The notes under the pieces were generated by a model. The model was not told where the DNA came from. It searched no databases and worked only from the letters and a program-made list of their open reading frames with translations. Below, piece by piece: positions 11,211 through 24,424 of a stretch of 64,000 bases of DNA. The DNA is from Chiloscyllium plagiosum (Eukaryota). The position numbers and the translations under genes are program-made. How positions within the stretch are numbered: the first letter of the stretch is position 1; each line of letters starts with the position of its first letter. Location of the stretch: contig NC_057719.1 of NCBI RefSeq assembly GCF_004010195.1, positions 57,763,023-57,827,022 on the forward strand, in the 5' to 3' direction.

Positions 11211-14200
11211 GCCTGACATATATGGACCACCTAAAACGTGGTTTATAGCAATGCAAATCAAAAAGATTGAGATCAGAATCTAGCTCTTAATATGTTCCAG
11301 AATCAATGCTAAATCTCACTTTCTAAGCCCATATCACATGCTTGCCTAGCATCAAATTCAATTCAGGTTTAAGCCAAGTTTACAAATGCTCAATACGCCT
11401 GTTAAACCATTTGACTTAACTATAACCTTCAGTCAATCCTTTTAATAAAATTATTTGAGTAGAGATGCACTTTCAGCTATTTCCAGAGCAGCAAAAACAG
11501 CCAGCGACGGCACTTCCAGTATTGTTCAGGTGTAGTTGCTCTGGATGCTCTTTTTATAGTGCAAAACGGAGAACGGCTGCATGATATAATGAGCCATACA
11601 TCGAAACGTTTGGCAGACTGTTTTTGCAATATATTGAAACAAAATCCAGGCAGAAAATCGTGTTCAATTATAATCAGTCGCAATCTAAACAAATAATTTA
11701 CCTAAAATACTCTTAAAAAATAAACATTGAATAATTTCCAAACAACAGGAACGTACACGACGATTTACAATTAACATAATACTGTCAAGACGTGGATTTT
11801 TAAAAGAAATATTTACGTTCGACGAAACGAACATATGGAAGGACTTAAAATGTGTTTGAAATGCTTTGCAGTGAGCGATAGATGTCTACGTTGGTTTTAC
11901 TGCCGATTTCAAATCAAAAACACCAGGCACAACATCACGAATTCATCAGCTTTTAAAAATATTCTTTCATTTTTTATCAATACGTGGAGTTCTAAAATAA
12001 GTACAATCTGGACAGAACTCCTTGCATACATTTTTCAGTATTTTAAAAAAAAAATGTCATGTTAACACGTTTAAATGGGCGTGTATCATTTAACGCATTT
12101 TCTAAACAGAAGTCGGTTGCACCAATGCATCCAAGTGAGAGATAGTCACAGAGAAACTTCACATTTAAACGTGGACCTGTAGTTCAAACTTCTTCAAAAG
12201 TCAATATCTTTGAGTCAAAAATCAATATCAGAATCGTCTTTGCATGAACTTCAAATACATCCTGCAGAAAATTGTATTGCCATCTTCCAATGATTTGTTC
12301 GCATTTGTGTTAGGTTCTGAATAAATTCAAAAATAGTACCAATTACCGTTAGCAACTCGGATTCTGTTCAAATCCATACTTAGACTGTAATAAGTAACTG
12401 CTGAGACCAAGTTCCACAAAGTAACCATCGTCATCGTGTTTAACCTGATACATTTCGAATGGATTGTATCTCATTAACAGTTAATCTTGTTAACATGTAA
12501 AGGTAAATTGAAAGAATTTGCCCACGTATTTTAAATGTTGTTAATCTGACATTACTTTAAGAAGTTATTTTTAAAACAATGCCCGTTGATCAAACTATTG
12601 AGCAAAGTCATATACAGTGGGAGCTGGAGAAACTTTATTAGGCTGCAATGAATGCAATTTATTTCTAAGGGTTTCAAAATAGAACCGTAGCCTCATCATG
12701 TGGCCTCCACATTATAAATTCACATACTCATGACTGTAGAACATGCCAGTTGACAGTTCTTATTAAATGTAACTTCGACGTTCTCATTATTATCGAAGAG
12801 AATATTTGAACAAATTTATATTGAGTCAATAAACGAGTCGAGCTCTCGCCCACAAAGTGTAATTATCAATGACAGCCGATTATGAGATGAAATTCACGGT
12901 TTTACAGTTATCTTTTTTGTATTATGTATTGCAACATTAAATATTTTCAAGAGTGAGTTTCAATCATGGGTGCAAATTATTCCTTGTACTGGAGCAATAT
13001 TCATACAATTTCTATCTTTGGAACAATTAGCAACACTGCTGTCATTTTGTGATGTTATAAATTGACAAGTACCATACTGAATGTTGTATATCATTGACTA
13101 GATTGCGAGATCATTTTAGTCAAAGGACGTCAAAACTTATTACGACGTTCACTGATAACCTGAACTCGTTGGTTCTTTTCCCCTTACCTGCCAGCTGTAA
13201 TCAGGAGGTGGCGCCAGATCCCAACAGGGTTTCTTTCAACTGAAACTTCGGGTTGGAAACAAGCCAACTCTGTGGTTTTAGAAGAAAATTGACGGTAGAG
13301 ACGATTTTCAATTAAAGAATGGTACAGTTTATATTCAATAAAGATGCAGCAGACCAAAAACCCGAAAATGACACGCATTAATGTTAGCAGCAGTTTGCCA
13401 AAATTGTGTTTTAGCAACAATCAGGAAAATAATTGTAATGAATATTAATTTTGGAAATGATTTAAAATACAGTTTATATTCGCAAGTATTATAAAACATT
13501 CACTGTTTATACAATATAATTTTAAGACTATATGTTGTTATGCAATGGCAGGTGTGGTGCTTGGTTTGCAGAACAGCAGAATATTTATATGTTCTGAAAA
13601 GGCTGCTCGTTCTCGCCAAGTCCGCCACACCTATAATTTACCCCATAGTTAGTTTCATGCATCCAGATAAAGACATGAATAATCAGACTCGAAAAAATAG
13701 CAATGCAAATATCCAGAGGTGGTGTATTAAATGTAGTCCTTTGGTATCGGTGTATCATTCACCAAACTCTACCTTGTACCTCCGAATATTTTACGAAATT
13801 ACAGTTTATTCGGGAAATTATTTATACAGCGCACTTAGTTGAGGTGGGATAATCTCTGTTGAGAAGTGTTTTCCAGAAACAGACTGTGATGTAATATACG
13901 AATAATTTTCAATAAATCGGTTTGGGTGTTGCCTGGTTATTTATTTAGTGACCTTGAGCTATTTTGTAGGGTGTCATCTTGATTCAGGAGCTCGAAAGGA
14001 TTATCTCCACAATTGAACACATGCTTACAACGAATTGGCTCTGAGTTCTCTATTAGGAAGGACAATTGTGCGATTGCTTACAATAACACGTTGCTTCATC
14101 TTGCATATCCTAACTTTGTAACCCCATTAATTCTCAGCACCAAGTTGTTCCTATATAAGTTTAACCGTCCAAAATATACAAGTGGATGACAGCTATTTCG

Positions 14201-15489
14201 AACGCTTGGTAGAACGTTTTCGTTTTGGTGTCCCTTTCAAGAATGTAACAAAAAAAAACATTTGTTCTAAATTACGACTTGTCTTTCGTTTCAGTATCAC
14301 GAAATGTAATTTATTCCTTATGAACTATCATTCCGCAAACTTTCAGCTGCATAAACATTCCGGTATTTGTATACAGTATTGGAATTAATATGCTTTTGTT
14401 CTTGTTTTATATTTTCATGAATCCTTTTTCTAGAATATAATCTCCACGTGTATTTACATAATTCCTGTTTACACATTGTTCTATATCATTAATATTCAGC
14501 CAAAATTATGTACATATGTTAAACAGTCTAGATATATTCGTTCTATGCACGATCTTTTTCTTTTATACTATGAAACAGTTTTCAATATTGCAAATATATT
14601 TGTTATTTTTGGAAGGACTCTGTAGGGAGATTCAGTTATACCCATGTAAAGCTAAATGCATTATACATGAACAACGATCTTATTCACAAATTTCACGGAA
14701 CTTGTTTAAGTCATGTATTTCCTGCCGTTGTAAAAACAGCCTTACTTTTTTAAAATAAAAGGTTGAAATCTTCAGGAAACAGAAGGCACATTCTGAAAAT
14801 TAATATTCATTGGCTAGAAGGAAAGAGATAGAGCATCCAAGATGACAATACTACACATTAAACGAATAAACTCAGTGTGATCTATTGCACATGAGATTGC
14901 ACATTCTTCCAAAATCAAAAAAAGACCAGTTTTTCATCGTTGGTGCTTTTTACACTCTTCCAATGATTAAACATGACGAGAACTTCAATGTTAAACTTGG
15001 TGACATTTTTATTTCCTATTCCATGAATTACACTTTAATGGGAGGAATGTGAGACTCTAAACTTTTGCTGTTGGCCATTAAATTACCTGTGAAAAAGGGA
15101 ATTGCCAAACATGCAACATACACACGACTGAGTATGAATATGTTACAAGAATATACGCTACTTTGTTATTTTGCCAGATTTAAAATATCGGCGATAAAAC
15201 TTTCTCAGCGCTCATTAACAAGGCAAAAAGTGGCTTGCTTCAGAAAGTGTTGTCAGATAGGTCCCCTGGCCTGTTCATTAACAGTGATGTTGAACTTGAA
15301 ACTTGTGTAACGGACTGTGGACATTTTCCACTCTTATGACCAATCAGGTACGACGCTAGCTATTATATTTTATACGCATAGACACTGCGGTTGTGCAGTA
15401 CTGATGGGAGAAATATAAGGCAGACGTTCGAATCTTGACCATATTTCATTACTTAGTTCGTATATTTAGAATAACTCTAACTTTATCGA

Positions 15490-18480
15490 GTCATAGAGCA
15501 TGGAAACAGACCCTTCAGTGCAACCAGTCCACTCCGATCACGTTCCAAAACTGAACTAGTCCACCTGCCTAGCCTTGGTCAATATCCCTCCAAACCTTTA
15601 CGATACCTCTATGCACTTTTTAAAATCTTTCTCCTTTCACCTTAAAAATATGTTCCCTACTTTTGAGCTCCCTCGCTACATGGAAAAGACCATAGTCATT
15701 TACCTTATCGATATCCTTCATCATTTTATAAAGTTCAACAAGGTTACTCCCCTCATTTGCCTGGACTCCAGTGAAAAATGTCCCGGCCTATTCTTGTAAC
15801 ACAAACCGTCCATTCCCGGTAACATCCTGATAAATATTTCCTGAACCCTCTCCATTTTAAAGATATCCTTTCTATAACAGGGTGACCGGAATTGCACAGA
15901 GGACTCCAGAAGAGGTCTCACTAGGGTCCAGTACAATCTCACAATGAAGTTCCAACTCCTATACTCAAAGGGCTGAACAATGAAGGTAAGTGTACTAAAT
16001 GGGTTCTTAAGCATCCTGACTACTTGTGACGCAACTTTCAAAGAACTATGTACCTGAACCCCTAGGGTCTCTCTGTTCACAACACTAACCAAGGCCCTAT
16101 CATTAATTGTATATGCCCTATCGGGTTGTTTGTATTACCAAAATGCAATACCTCACATTTATGCAAATTAAACTCCATTTGCCACTCTTCAGCCCATTGA
16201 CTCAATTGATCAAGATCTCTTTTCCATCATCGGCAAATTAATTAACCATACTTATCCAATATGTGGAGGTGCCGATGTTGGACTGGGGTGGGTAAAGTTA
16301 CAAATCATACAACACCAGGTTATAGTCCAACAGCTTTATTTGGAAGCACTAGCTTTCAGAGTGCTGCTCCTTCCTCAGGTAGTTGTGGAGCAGGACCATA
16401 AGACACAGAATTTATAGCAAAAGATTACAGTGTTATACAACTGAAATGATATATTGAACAAACTTAGATTGCTGTTAAGTCTTTACCCTCTCACAGGCTT
16501 ATACTCCATCACATTCACACACACACTTTACCAATCATACTCACATGCAAACACACACTCTTTCATTCACACTCACACTCACATGCACACGCACACTCTC
16601 TCTTTCTCATACACATACATACATATAAGTCCATGGGGTAAATTTGCATTTGCAGATACATTCTATTTTGCTCAAAAAGCACACAATCTGCAGGCAGTCA
16701 ATCCATGTAATATGCTCTACATTCTTATTTTGGAAATAGAACTAGTCTGACTCAAGATTGGGATACAGACAGACTCTTCCCTTACACCTTTAATGCATTA
16801 TTTGAGCTAAGATGTCACTTTTTAAAATAAAACCTTACATTATCTTGAGAATGTGACTTAAAAGAAGTTCTGGGATTTACATATTAATGAACTGAAACCT
16901 GCAACCCATTGTAAAAGATCCCTCCCAGTCAGGGAACACTTCAGCGGTCAGGAAGGTTCGGCATCAGATCTTCGGGTGACCATTCTCCAAGGTGGACTTC
17001 AGGATACATAACAATGCAGAGTGACCGAGCAGAGGCTGATAGCCAAGTTCAGTACCCATGAGGATGGCTTCAACTGACCTTGGGTTCATGTCACACTACA
17101 GGTGACCCCACTACACTACACTCTCTCTCTCACTCACATACACACGCACAAGCACACATAAACACACACTCTTACATACACACTACACAGACCATCTCTC
17201 AGACACACATTCACTCTCAGACACACATACACCCAACCCACACTCACAACCATACACACACCCTCTCACAGGCTCCATCACACTCACATACACACTTTAC
17301 CAAGCATGCACACACACACACTCTCACGCAAACTCACATGCACACACTCACATGCAGACACTTATACTCTCTCATGTATGCACACACGCATATAAGTCTA
17401 TTGGATTAATTTGAATTTGCAGAATTATATTCACAGATACATTCTATTTTGCTCAAAAAGCACATGACCTGCAGGCAGTCAACCCATGTAATATTTTATA
17501 AATTCCACATTGGAAATAGTACCAGTCTGACTCAAGATTGGGATACAGACAGACTCTAACCTTACATCTTCAGTGCATTGTCTGAGCTGAGATGTCACTT
17601 TTATAAAATAAAACCTTAAGTTATCTTGAGAATGTGACTTAAAAGAATTCTGGGATTTACATATTAATGAACCGAAACCTGCAACTCATTCTATAAGATG
17701 AAAGATCTAACAACAATCTTGGTTTGTTCAATATATCATTTCAGTTGCAAGACAATGTAATCCTTTGCTACAAATTCTGTGTCTTATAGTCCTGCTCCAC
17801 AGCTACCTGACGAAGTGGCTGAGCTCCAAAAGCTGACGCGACCATATAAACCTAGTGTTGTGTGATTTTTAACTGTCCTCATCCAAATCATTTATATAAA
17901 TAACAATCAAATTTCCAGTACTGATCCTTGTGAAATGCCACTAGTCACCGGCCTTTGGTCAGAAAAAGGACCCTGAACCTTCTGTCTCCTACCGTCAAGC
18001 CAATTCTGTATCCAATTGGCAAGCTCATCCTGAATCCCCTGTGATCTAACTCTACCAGTTAGTCTACCATGCAGACTCTTGTCAAAAGGCTTCACTAAAG
18101 TCCAACTCTCTGCTCTCATCAATGTTTTTGGTTACTTCATTAAAAAAACTATCAAATCTGAGAGACACGATTTTCCTCGCACAAAACCAGGTTGACTATC
18201 CCTAATTAGTCCTCACCTCTCCAAATACGTGTAAATTCTATATTTCAGAATCACCTCCAATAACTTACCCACTGACTGACTAGTCGGACTCACTGGTCTG
18301 TAGTTTCCAGACTTCTCCTTACAGCCTTTCTTAAACAATGGATACCATTAGCCACCCTCCATTCCTCTGGTACTTCACCTATATTTATAGATGATACAAA
18401 TATTTCTGCTAGAGAACTTGCAATTTAGTCTTAATCTTCCCAGAATATCCTGGTATACGTCCTGGGATCAGGTCCCTAAG
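15490..18480 (-). mobile_element. CR1/HER1 LINE split by a Penelope insertion
   Basis: ORFs 15721-16092 (LGVQVHSSLKVASQV...LVRPLLE) and 17907-18122 (KPFDK...WIQNWLDGRRQKV...VTSGISQGSVL) are collinear CR1 RT pieces. The sequence breaks near 16260 and resumes at ctcatccaaatcatt (17878). Confidence 0.85.
16262..17876 (+). mobile_element. Penelope-like element (family B): inverted terminus plus partial tandem
   Basis: 16262-16480 is an inverted terminal copy and 16485-16917 duplicates the UTR at 17260-17700. 16917-17105 encodes the GIY-YIG C-terminus (LPVREHFS...EQRLIAKFSTHEDG). Confidence 0.85.
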
Positions 18481-19439
18481 AATATCATGAAGAAGTCTAA
18501 TGTTTTATTGATGCGTGCTTTATGAATTTATCTTTTGTCGAATGCTTGCAACAGCCACAATGTTGTTTTGGATATCAGCATAATCTATTATATCCTTTGA
18601 ATTTTAAACTCGCAGACAGTCGGTTCTTCAAATACTCAAAACAGCCTGGATTTGCAGTTTCGCCCATGAGCTGGGAGGAGATTTTCTGAAATAACCATGA
18701 TATTCAAAAGGCCGCGCGCTCGAAATTTTTTTTTGTAAATTCACACAAAATCCTGATGCTTCACTTTTAAGCGTGTTACTTTACGAGACAGGCATAGGTT
18801 CTGCAGCACGGTTTTAGAAAGGTGTTCATCAGGAAAGTGATTTCAGTTGTTCTTCCCATAATTTGCCGACTATCAAGCTTCAAATGCTTTTGCTCCTGCA
18901 AACGATCAAAACGGGAATAGAGAAAATATTACGAGGGGTTAATTCATTACCGTCTGTATACTATTTGATTTGGATGTGCATACAGATCACATGAAGAAAC
19001 ATTATGTTTTGCATTATGATTCTTTAATTCAGTTTATAACCAAACAGACAATTTGGTGAACTATGTCCGATGTCTTTAGTTTCGTGCATCATAACATTTT
19101 GCTTATCGATTACAGCAGCATTATTTAACACGATGTATGCGACCTCAAACCTCAATGAAACTGCACCTAGTTTCGAGGTGACAGATAATTTGTAAGACCT
19201 AATTAAAGTTGAGATTGTTAAAACCCTAATTTGAAAAACACACCGTGCATATGTTCTGAAATAACATTTGTATTATTAGGAGCGAAATCCATTGGACTGA
19301 AAGCACAGCTGCAGCAATTTTCATTTGATAGGATCAATTTCCCGTTCAAGCTACTTGGGCGGTGTAATCTATTTTTGAAATAAGTGTTATCTGATAGGTC
19401 AGACCCTAAATAATATCTGATGGATCAGACTCTATCTCG

Positions 19440-19910
19440 AGCATTGCATTCCGTTTTGGACAATTAACCTCAGGAAATATATATTAATTTTGGGAAGAGT
19501 AAATTGCATGTTCGCTAGAATTATACCAGGACTTAGAGAATTACGATATGAAAACAGGCTCTATAAAATATCTTCCTTTCATTTTAGACGGTTGAGGGCC
19601 ATCCAGTCGAAGTGTTCAAATGATAAGGAGAGCCCATGGAGTAGATTTAAATAAAACAAAGTGCTGGGCCTTTCCAGCATGAAGTCAGGAAACATTTATT
19701 TACACATGAGGGGTAGTGTGGAATTCATTCCCCGAAATATTACATCTTCAATTCTGAGAGGGAAAGATTTTTATTGGGTAAGGACATCAAGGGCAATCGT
19801 GCAAAAGCCGATAAATTAAGTTGAAATACAAATGAGGCTCGATCTATTTAAATACTGGAACATGCGCGAGGGACTGCGTTGTCGACTAATAATTTTAACC
19901 CACGTTCCCA
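19440..19910 (+). mobile_element. Old CR1 3' fragment
   Basis: gagcattgcattccgttttgg...ataccaggacttagagaattacgatatgaaaacaggct resembles the EYC.QFW...MIPGL..L.YEERL region. Confidence 0.55.
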
Positions 19911-22900
19911 GTTTATTGTATTGTGAAGTTGTTTGTTCATTTGTTCAAATATGGTATGACGCATTCTCAATAGAATTAACTTTTTACGAAGCTGTAAATT
20001 TAATTAACCGTGATAGCATTTTATTCAGACAAAAATGAATTTAATTTTAGAAAGCTCCACATATGTAGGTCAATTAAACATTGTATAACTCATCTATTAT
20101 AGAACGTACTTTAGAAATATGATTGGAGCTAAACGGTGACTTGAATCCACTTTAATTCACTTCACACTAGTTGAATAGTGTACTTTAAAAATCTAGCGAC
20201 ACGGTTGCACATGAAAAGCAGAAACAATGGATTTCAGCAGAGGGAGACAGCGAGAAGTCAAATTTCGCTCCGTTTTATCACTCTTCTTTCACACATATTC
20301 CTTGAAGGCTAGCGTATTGTGTGACGATTTCCGCGGTTAATTACAACTTGCAAACATTTTCCCAATTTATTAATGTCAATTACCCTTTGAAATTTTGCCA
20401 TCGACAAAGAATTTTAGATTTTGTATTATTTCCAGCCCAATGAATTTTTTTTTAACTTATCTGGCTGCGGCAGTTTTGGTTCGGAAGTTGCTCGTTCACT
20501 TTACACCCAGGTTACATGTCAAGTAACCTATTCGAAAACCCCTGTCCTTTTCATAATCACCTTTTTATTCTTCCGAGAATATACTCAAAAACGTTCAAGG
20601 GCTGCATAGTCTGAGACGCTGCGCCTCGATGAAATTTGCTCTAAATGTTTATTTCTAGAATTTCCAGAAATTTCACTGTAGGTATTTGACGTTCAGTAAT
20701 GTAACTACTTTTTCCATTTATTGGATTGCTCATTGGATTACAGATGAAGGACATTGCTCATTCTGAAAGAAACTGGAAAGTACCCTATTGCAAAGGGAAA
20801 TTTAAAATTGACATAAGAGTATAAGTTAAAGAACGCAAATATTAGGAAATCTCCCAAAACTACATTTAAAAAAGAAACCTGGTGCGAACTATTAAGATTA
20901 GATAATGGGGAAGAACTAAAAATGTTAGAATGAATGCACCCTAGGGCATTTAGTCCAGCAATCTGTATGATTGGATACTCGAATGTGAATTTCAAAATTG
21001 GAAAGTAACTTCCTACTTCTAAATGTATCAAAAAACCCCTTTTGGCCTTTAAAACGTACTCTTCTTAAATGAACTGGCCAAATTCAAAATGATTTAATGC
21101 TTGCTTGCAGAAACAATTGAGGATTCATCCCGCTTGTGTTCCCCTGCCCTTTAACGGGCCAGTGTGCTTCTGACCTTTGTCATTTAAGACCACACTCAGC
21201 ACCTCTATGGAAACAAGTTAAGCACGTTCAGCCCGGGTAAACATTTATGCTTTTTCACTAGAGAGCAGCCCTGTCGACAAGGATTCTGCCCACTGTCCTA
21301 AATTCCAGCCTCACACGCGGCCCACAGAAAGAAGGCGAGGGGAACAGAGGGGTCCTACAATTAGTTCCGAAGGAAAACAGGATGCAGACCCACATAGACA
21401 ACGAGACAAAGATAGGAACATGTTCAAAAACAATTACAGTAAATCAACAAATTAAGAAAAGAAACGTAAACCGATAGCAAGAAACGAAGATAGGTCGTCT
21501 TATCGAATTACAACATGCCCAACACCCATCAAAACCAAACAGGAGCAAAGAAATGTCACCTGAGAACTTACTGGGATACTTTGCAAAGAATACAAAAGTA
21601 AAATACGGCGGAAACTGAAAATCTGAAGTAAATAGGTCTGACAAAAGATAATTTTCTTGAAACCTTCACACTACATCTTTTTATTCAGCAAGTGCTGTCG
21701 GTCTTATTGAGTATTTTCAGAATTATTTGTTTTTATGATCAGAGATTATTCGGTTGAATTATAATTACCGTAAGAAAACTTTTAATTATATTTTTGTACA
21801 GCGATAATTAAAATAAAAAAAAGTTTAAAACGCCATTACCTCAAAGCCATTAAACAGTACAGCGCGCTCGTTAGTGATCTTTAGGTAAGTTATGTTTAAG
21901 TCATAGACCTTCATTGACAGCAGACCTACTTGGCATCTTAAACATAACATTATCAAATGAACATTGAGATCTAACAAAAATGTTTATACAAAATTAAAGT
22001 GAAGTATTTTACTTTTACTTTAAAATAAACGTTTAGTACTTTATAGGTATGCTTCACCTTCAAGAACACAGAATCCACTTCAAAATCCGCGAAATATAAA
22101 CAGTTGGGTGAATTAATACCACGAAGGTAAATAGACACTCTCAGAAAATTAAAGTCGTAAATTTCTTCTCTTTTAAGAAAAAATAGTTCGCAGTAATAAC
22201 ACAGCATCAATTCAGGATCGATGTCCCATTTGGTAATTAAACAAAGGCATTAATTAGTATTTTCACGCAAGAAAGTATTTCACGCCAGTCAGCATCTCAC
22301 AAAGGTTGCTGCATAAGTAAATCTTTTGGCTGAGCTTGAAATGATGGACATTGCGTTTTCATAGACAGCTTGGTGCTAAGCCATTTATCAGTTTTAGATT
22401 AAGTCATATTTTGATTCAAACTGTATCATGAAACAATACATTCTAATCAATTAATGCAAGAAACATGTTTTTACTAACCAATCAATAATGAATTATTAAT
22501 GCATGTTATCTTTATTTTTACCAATGTCATTAAATATTAACTCCCAGCGGCTAACTGCAAATTAAGATGGGAAGGTGCATGTAATTATTTACTGACAAAT
22601 ATTTATTACTCTGTTTGCAATGGAAAAATATAAAAACAATCATTCTAATTATTAATTTGCCATGAAAAATGATGTATCCCTTTGTTGATCGACTTTTTAA
22701 TGAGACATGACATTCATCAGTAAGTAAAAAAAAAGTGGGGTGAAACTTACTTTGGAACAACACACATTTACATGATGGTTTATTTTAAGATGCACTTTTT
22801 CAAAAAAAATAAAGGTAATCTATAGATTTATAATGTTGCTTTGCGAGGGAAATAGAACTTATAATGGGAACTTACCGGTTGAATGAACTATTCCGTTTTA

Positions 22901-23039
22901 AATAGCAATATTAGTTTGGTACAATTTGCAATTAATTGAAATATTTAAGTAATATCTCCTTCATATTAACAGTCCTCTGAAAGCCTCAAGTCGTTGGACA
23001 ACCCGAAAATAATTTGTTATGAGCAACTTCCAGGTAGTA

Positions 23040-23140
23040 TTGCCAGGTCACGGTCATCCACCAATGAGTCAACGGGATTTTCATCCTCCCGCCTCTTCCG
23101 TTATTGCCGAGGGTGTGTCCATGGTGATTGACAGACAGAG
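23040..23140 (+). promoter_or_regulatory. Putative Pax9 proximal promoter
   Basis: About 250-340 bp upstream of the ATG: AGGTCA-CGGTCA (23045-23056), CCAAT (23061-23065), TGAGTCA (23065-23071), a GC-box-like CTCCCGCCTC and the Pbx/Prep-Meis decamer TGATTGACAG (23125-23134). The TSS itself is not determinable. Confidence 0.6.
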
Positions 23141-23381
23141 CGTGTAAAATCCATTTCCCATGCTGTGCTTTGAAATGCAGAACCGAACCACCTCTCCCGA
23201 GGAAAAGGGGAGCATTTTTACTCTATACATGTTCTTCTGTAACTTCGAAGGTGAGATCAGTTATTAAGTAGCACTTATAAGTGGATCCCAAAGCATTCTG
23301 TACTTCAGGGGATTTGAATTCTATTTGAAACGCTGACATATTCAGCAGGAAGTTTTGAGGATCACTTGAGTCATAATTATC

Positions 23382-23385
23382 ATGG
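23382..23385 (+). CDS. pax9: Pax9 coding exon 1 (ATG G, 4 nt)
   Basis: tatcATGG|gtaagt gives a start codon plus a strong donor at 23386. The phase-1 G joins AA of the exon at 24425 to give M-E-P-A-F-G, the known Pax9 N-terminus with its 4-nt first coding exon. Confidence 0.85.
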
Positions 23386-24424
23386 GTAAGTAGACTCTGC
23401 ATTTTACATTGCTGTCAACAGATGCATAATCGATCAATAAAGCTAGCATTACCAAGCACTAACTTATGTTTCCACCATTCGTATTAATTTTAAAAGTATG
23501 CTTTAAGATCGAGTTAGTCACGCCTAGTTAGATGACTACGTGTTGGGATGTTTGCCTTGTATTTAGAGAAGTTCCACTGAGTTTTGTGGAAATGTTATTT
23601 TTGGATAATTTACACCTCATAGCCATCTACTGGAGAGTCGATGAGTTTGATGGAATTATGCAGATGTGCTTTTTTCGCTGAAAAAGAGGTACAATATTAG
23701 CCAAACGAACCAATTAGCGAACACTGCAAACCGAAAGGAGAGCGGAGCGTAACTTTCAAACATCGTCGTTAAATATTCCCGGAGAGTTACCATTCCTCCT
23801 CTAAATATGACAGATAAATGCATCCTGAGGGGAAATAAAAGCTGGTGTGTCAATTATATCCAAGCTTTGGATTCAAGGCATTTTTGTTTTATTTACATCT
23901 AAATATTGGAGAAATGAAAACTCAAGGCTTAGGATATCAGAACAGAATGACATTTCGAAAAACAATCTCATGGTCATGTAAATATTTCTTTGTAAATAAA
24001 CGACAGAAAATAAAAGTGAAGACCTATCAAACAAGCGTGCATAAAATTAAATCAAAAACAAATCTTTTGCAATTTTAGAGCTCTTTCGAATAAAAACTCC
24101 TAACGATTGAAAAAAATTCCCAGAAAGGGTCATGCAAAAGCGATAGAGTGCAGATGGCAATCTCAATTTCAACTATTGTGTCTATTCGTGGTTGACTTCC
24201 ACTCGGAAATGTCAGGAGCTGTGATCGGAGCTAATGTACGACTTTCAGTTGAATACAAGCGTTACACAGTGCAGGCCTACCCTAGCGATACGCTCCATAA
24301 ACGTAATAAAGTACAGCTTGTCAAAAGTTGGTTAACAGAACACAAATACATCCGCTGTCGGGTTAACGTGTTTCTGTAGTTGACTCTTTTTCTGAATGCG
24401 TCTTTTTGTTCTATTCCATACCAG

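Noticed and set aside
1..23000. Nkx2-8/Nkx2-9 or Nkx2-1 homeobox expected upstream by synteny
   Set aside because: No homeodomain-coding sequence was seen in this window.
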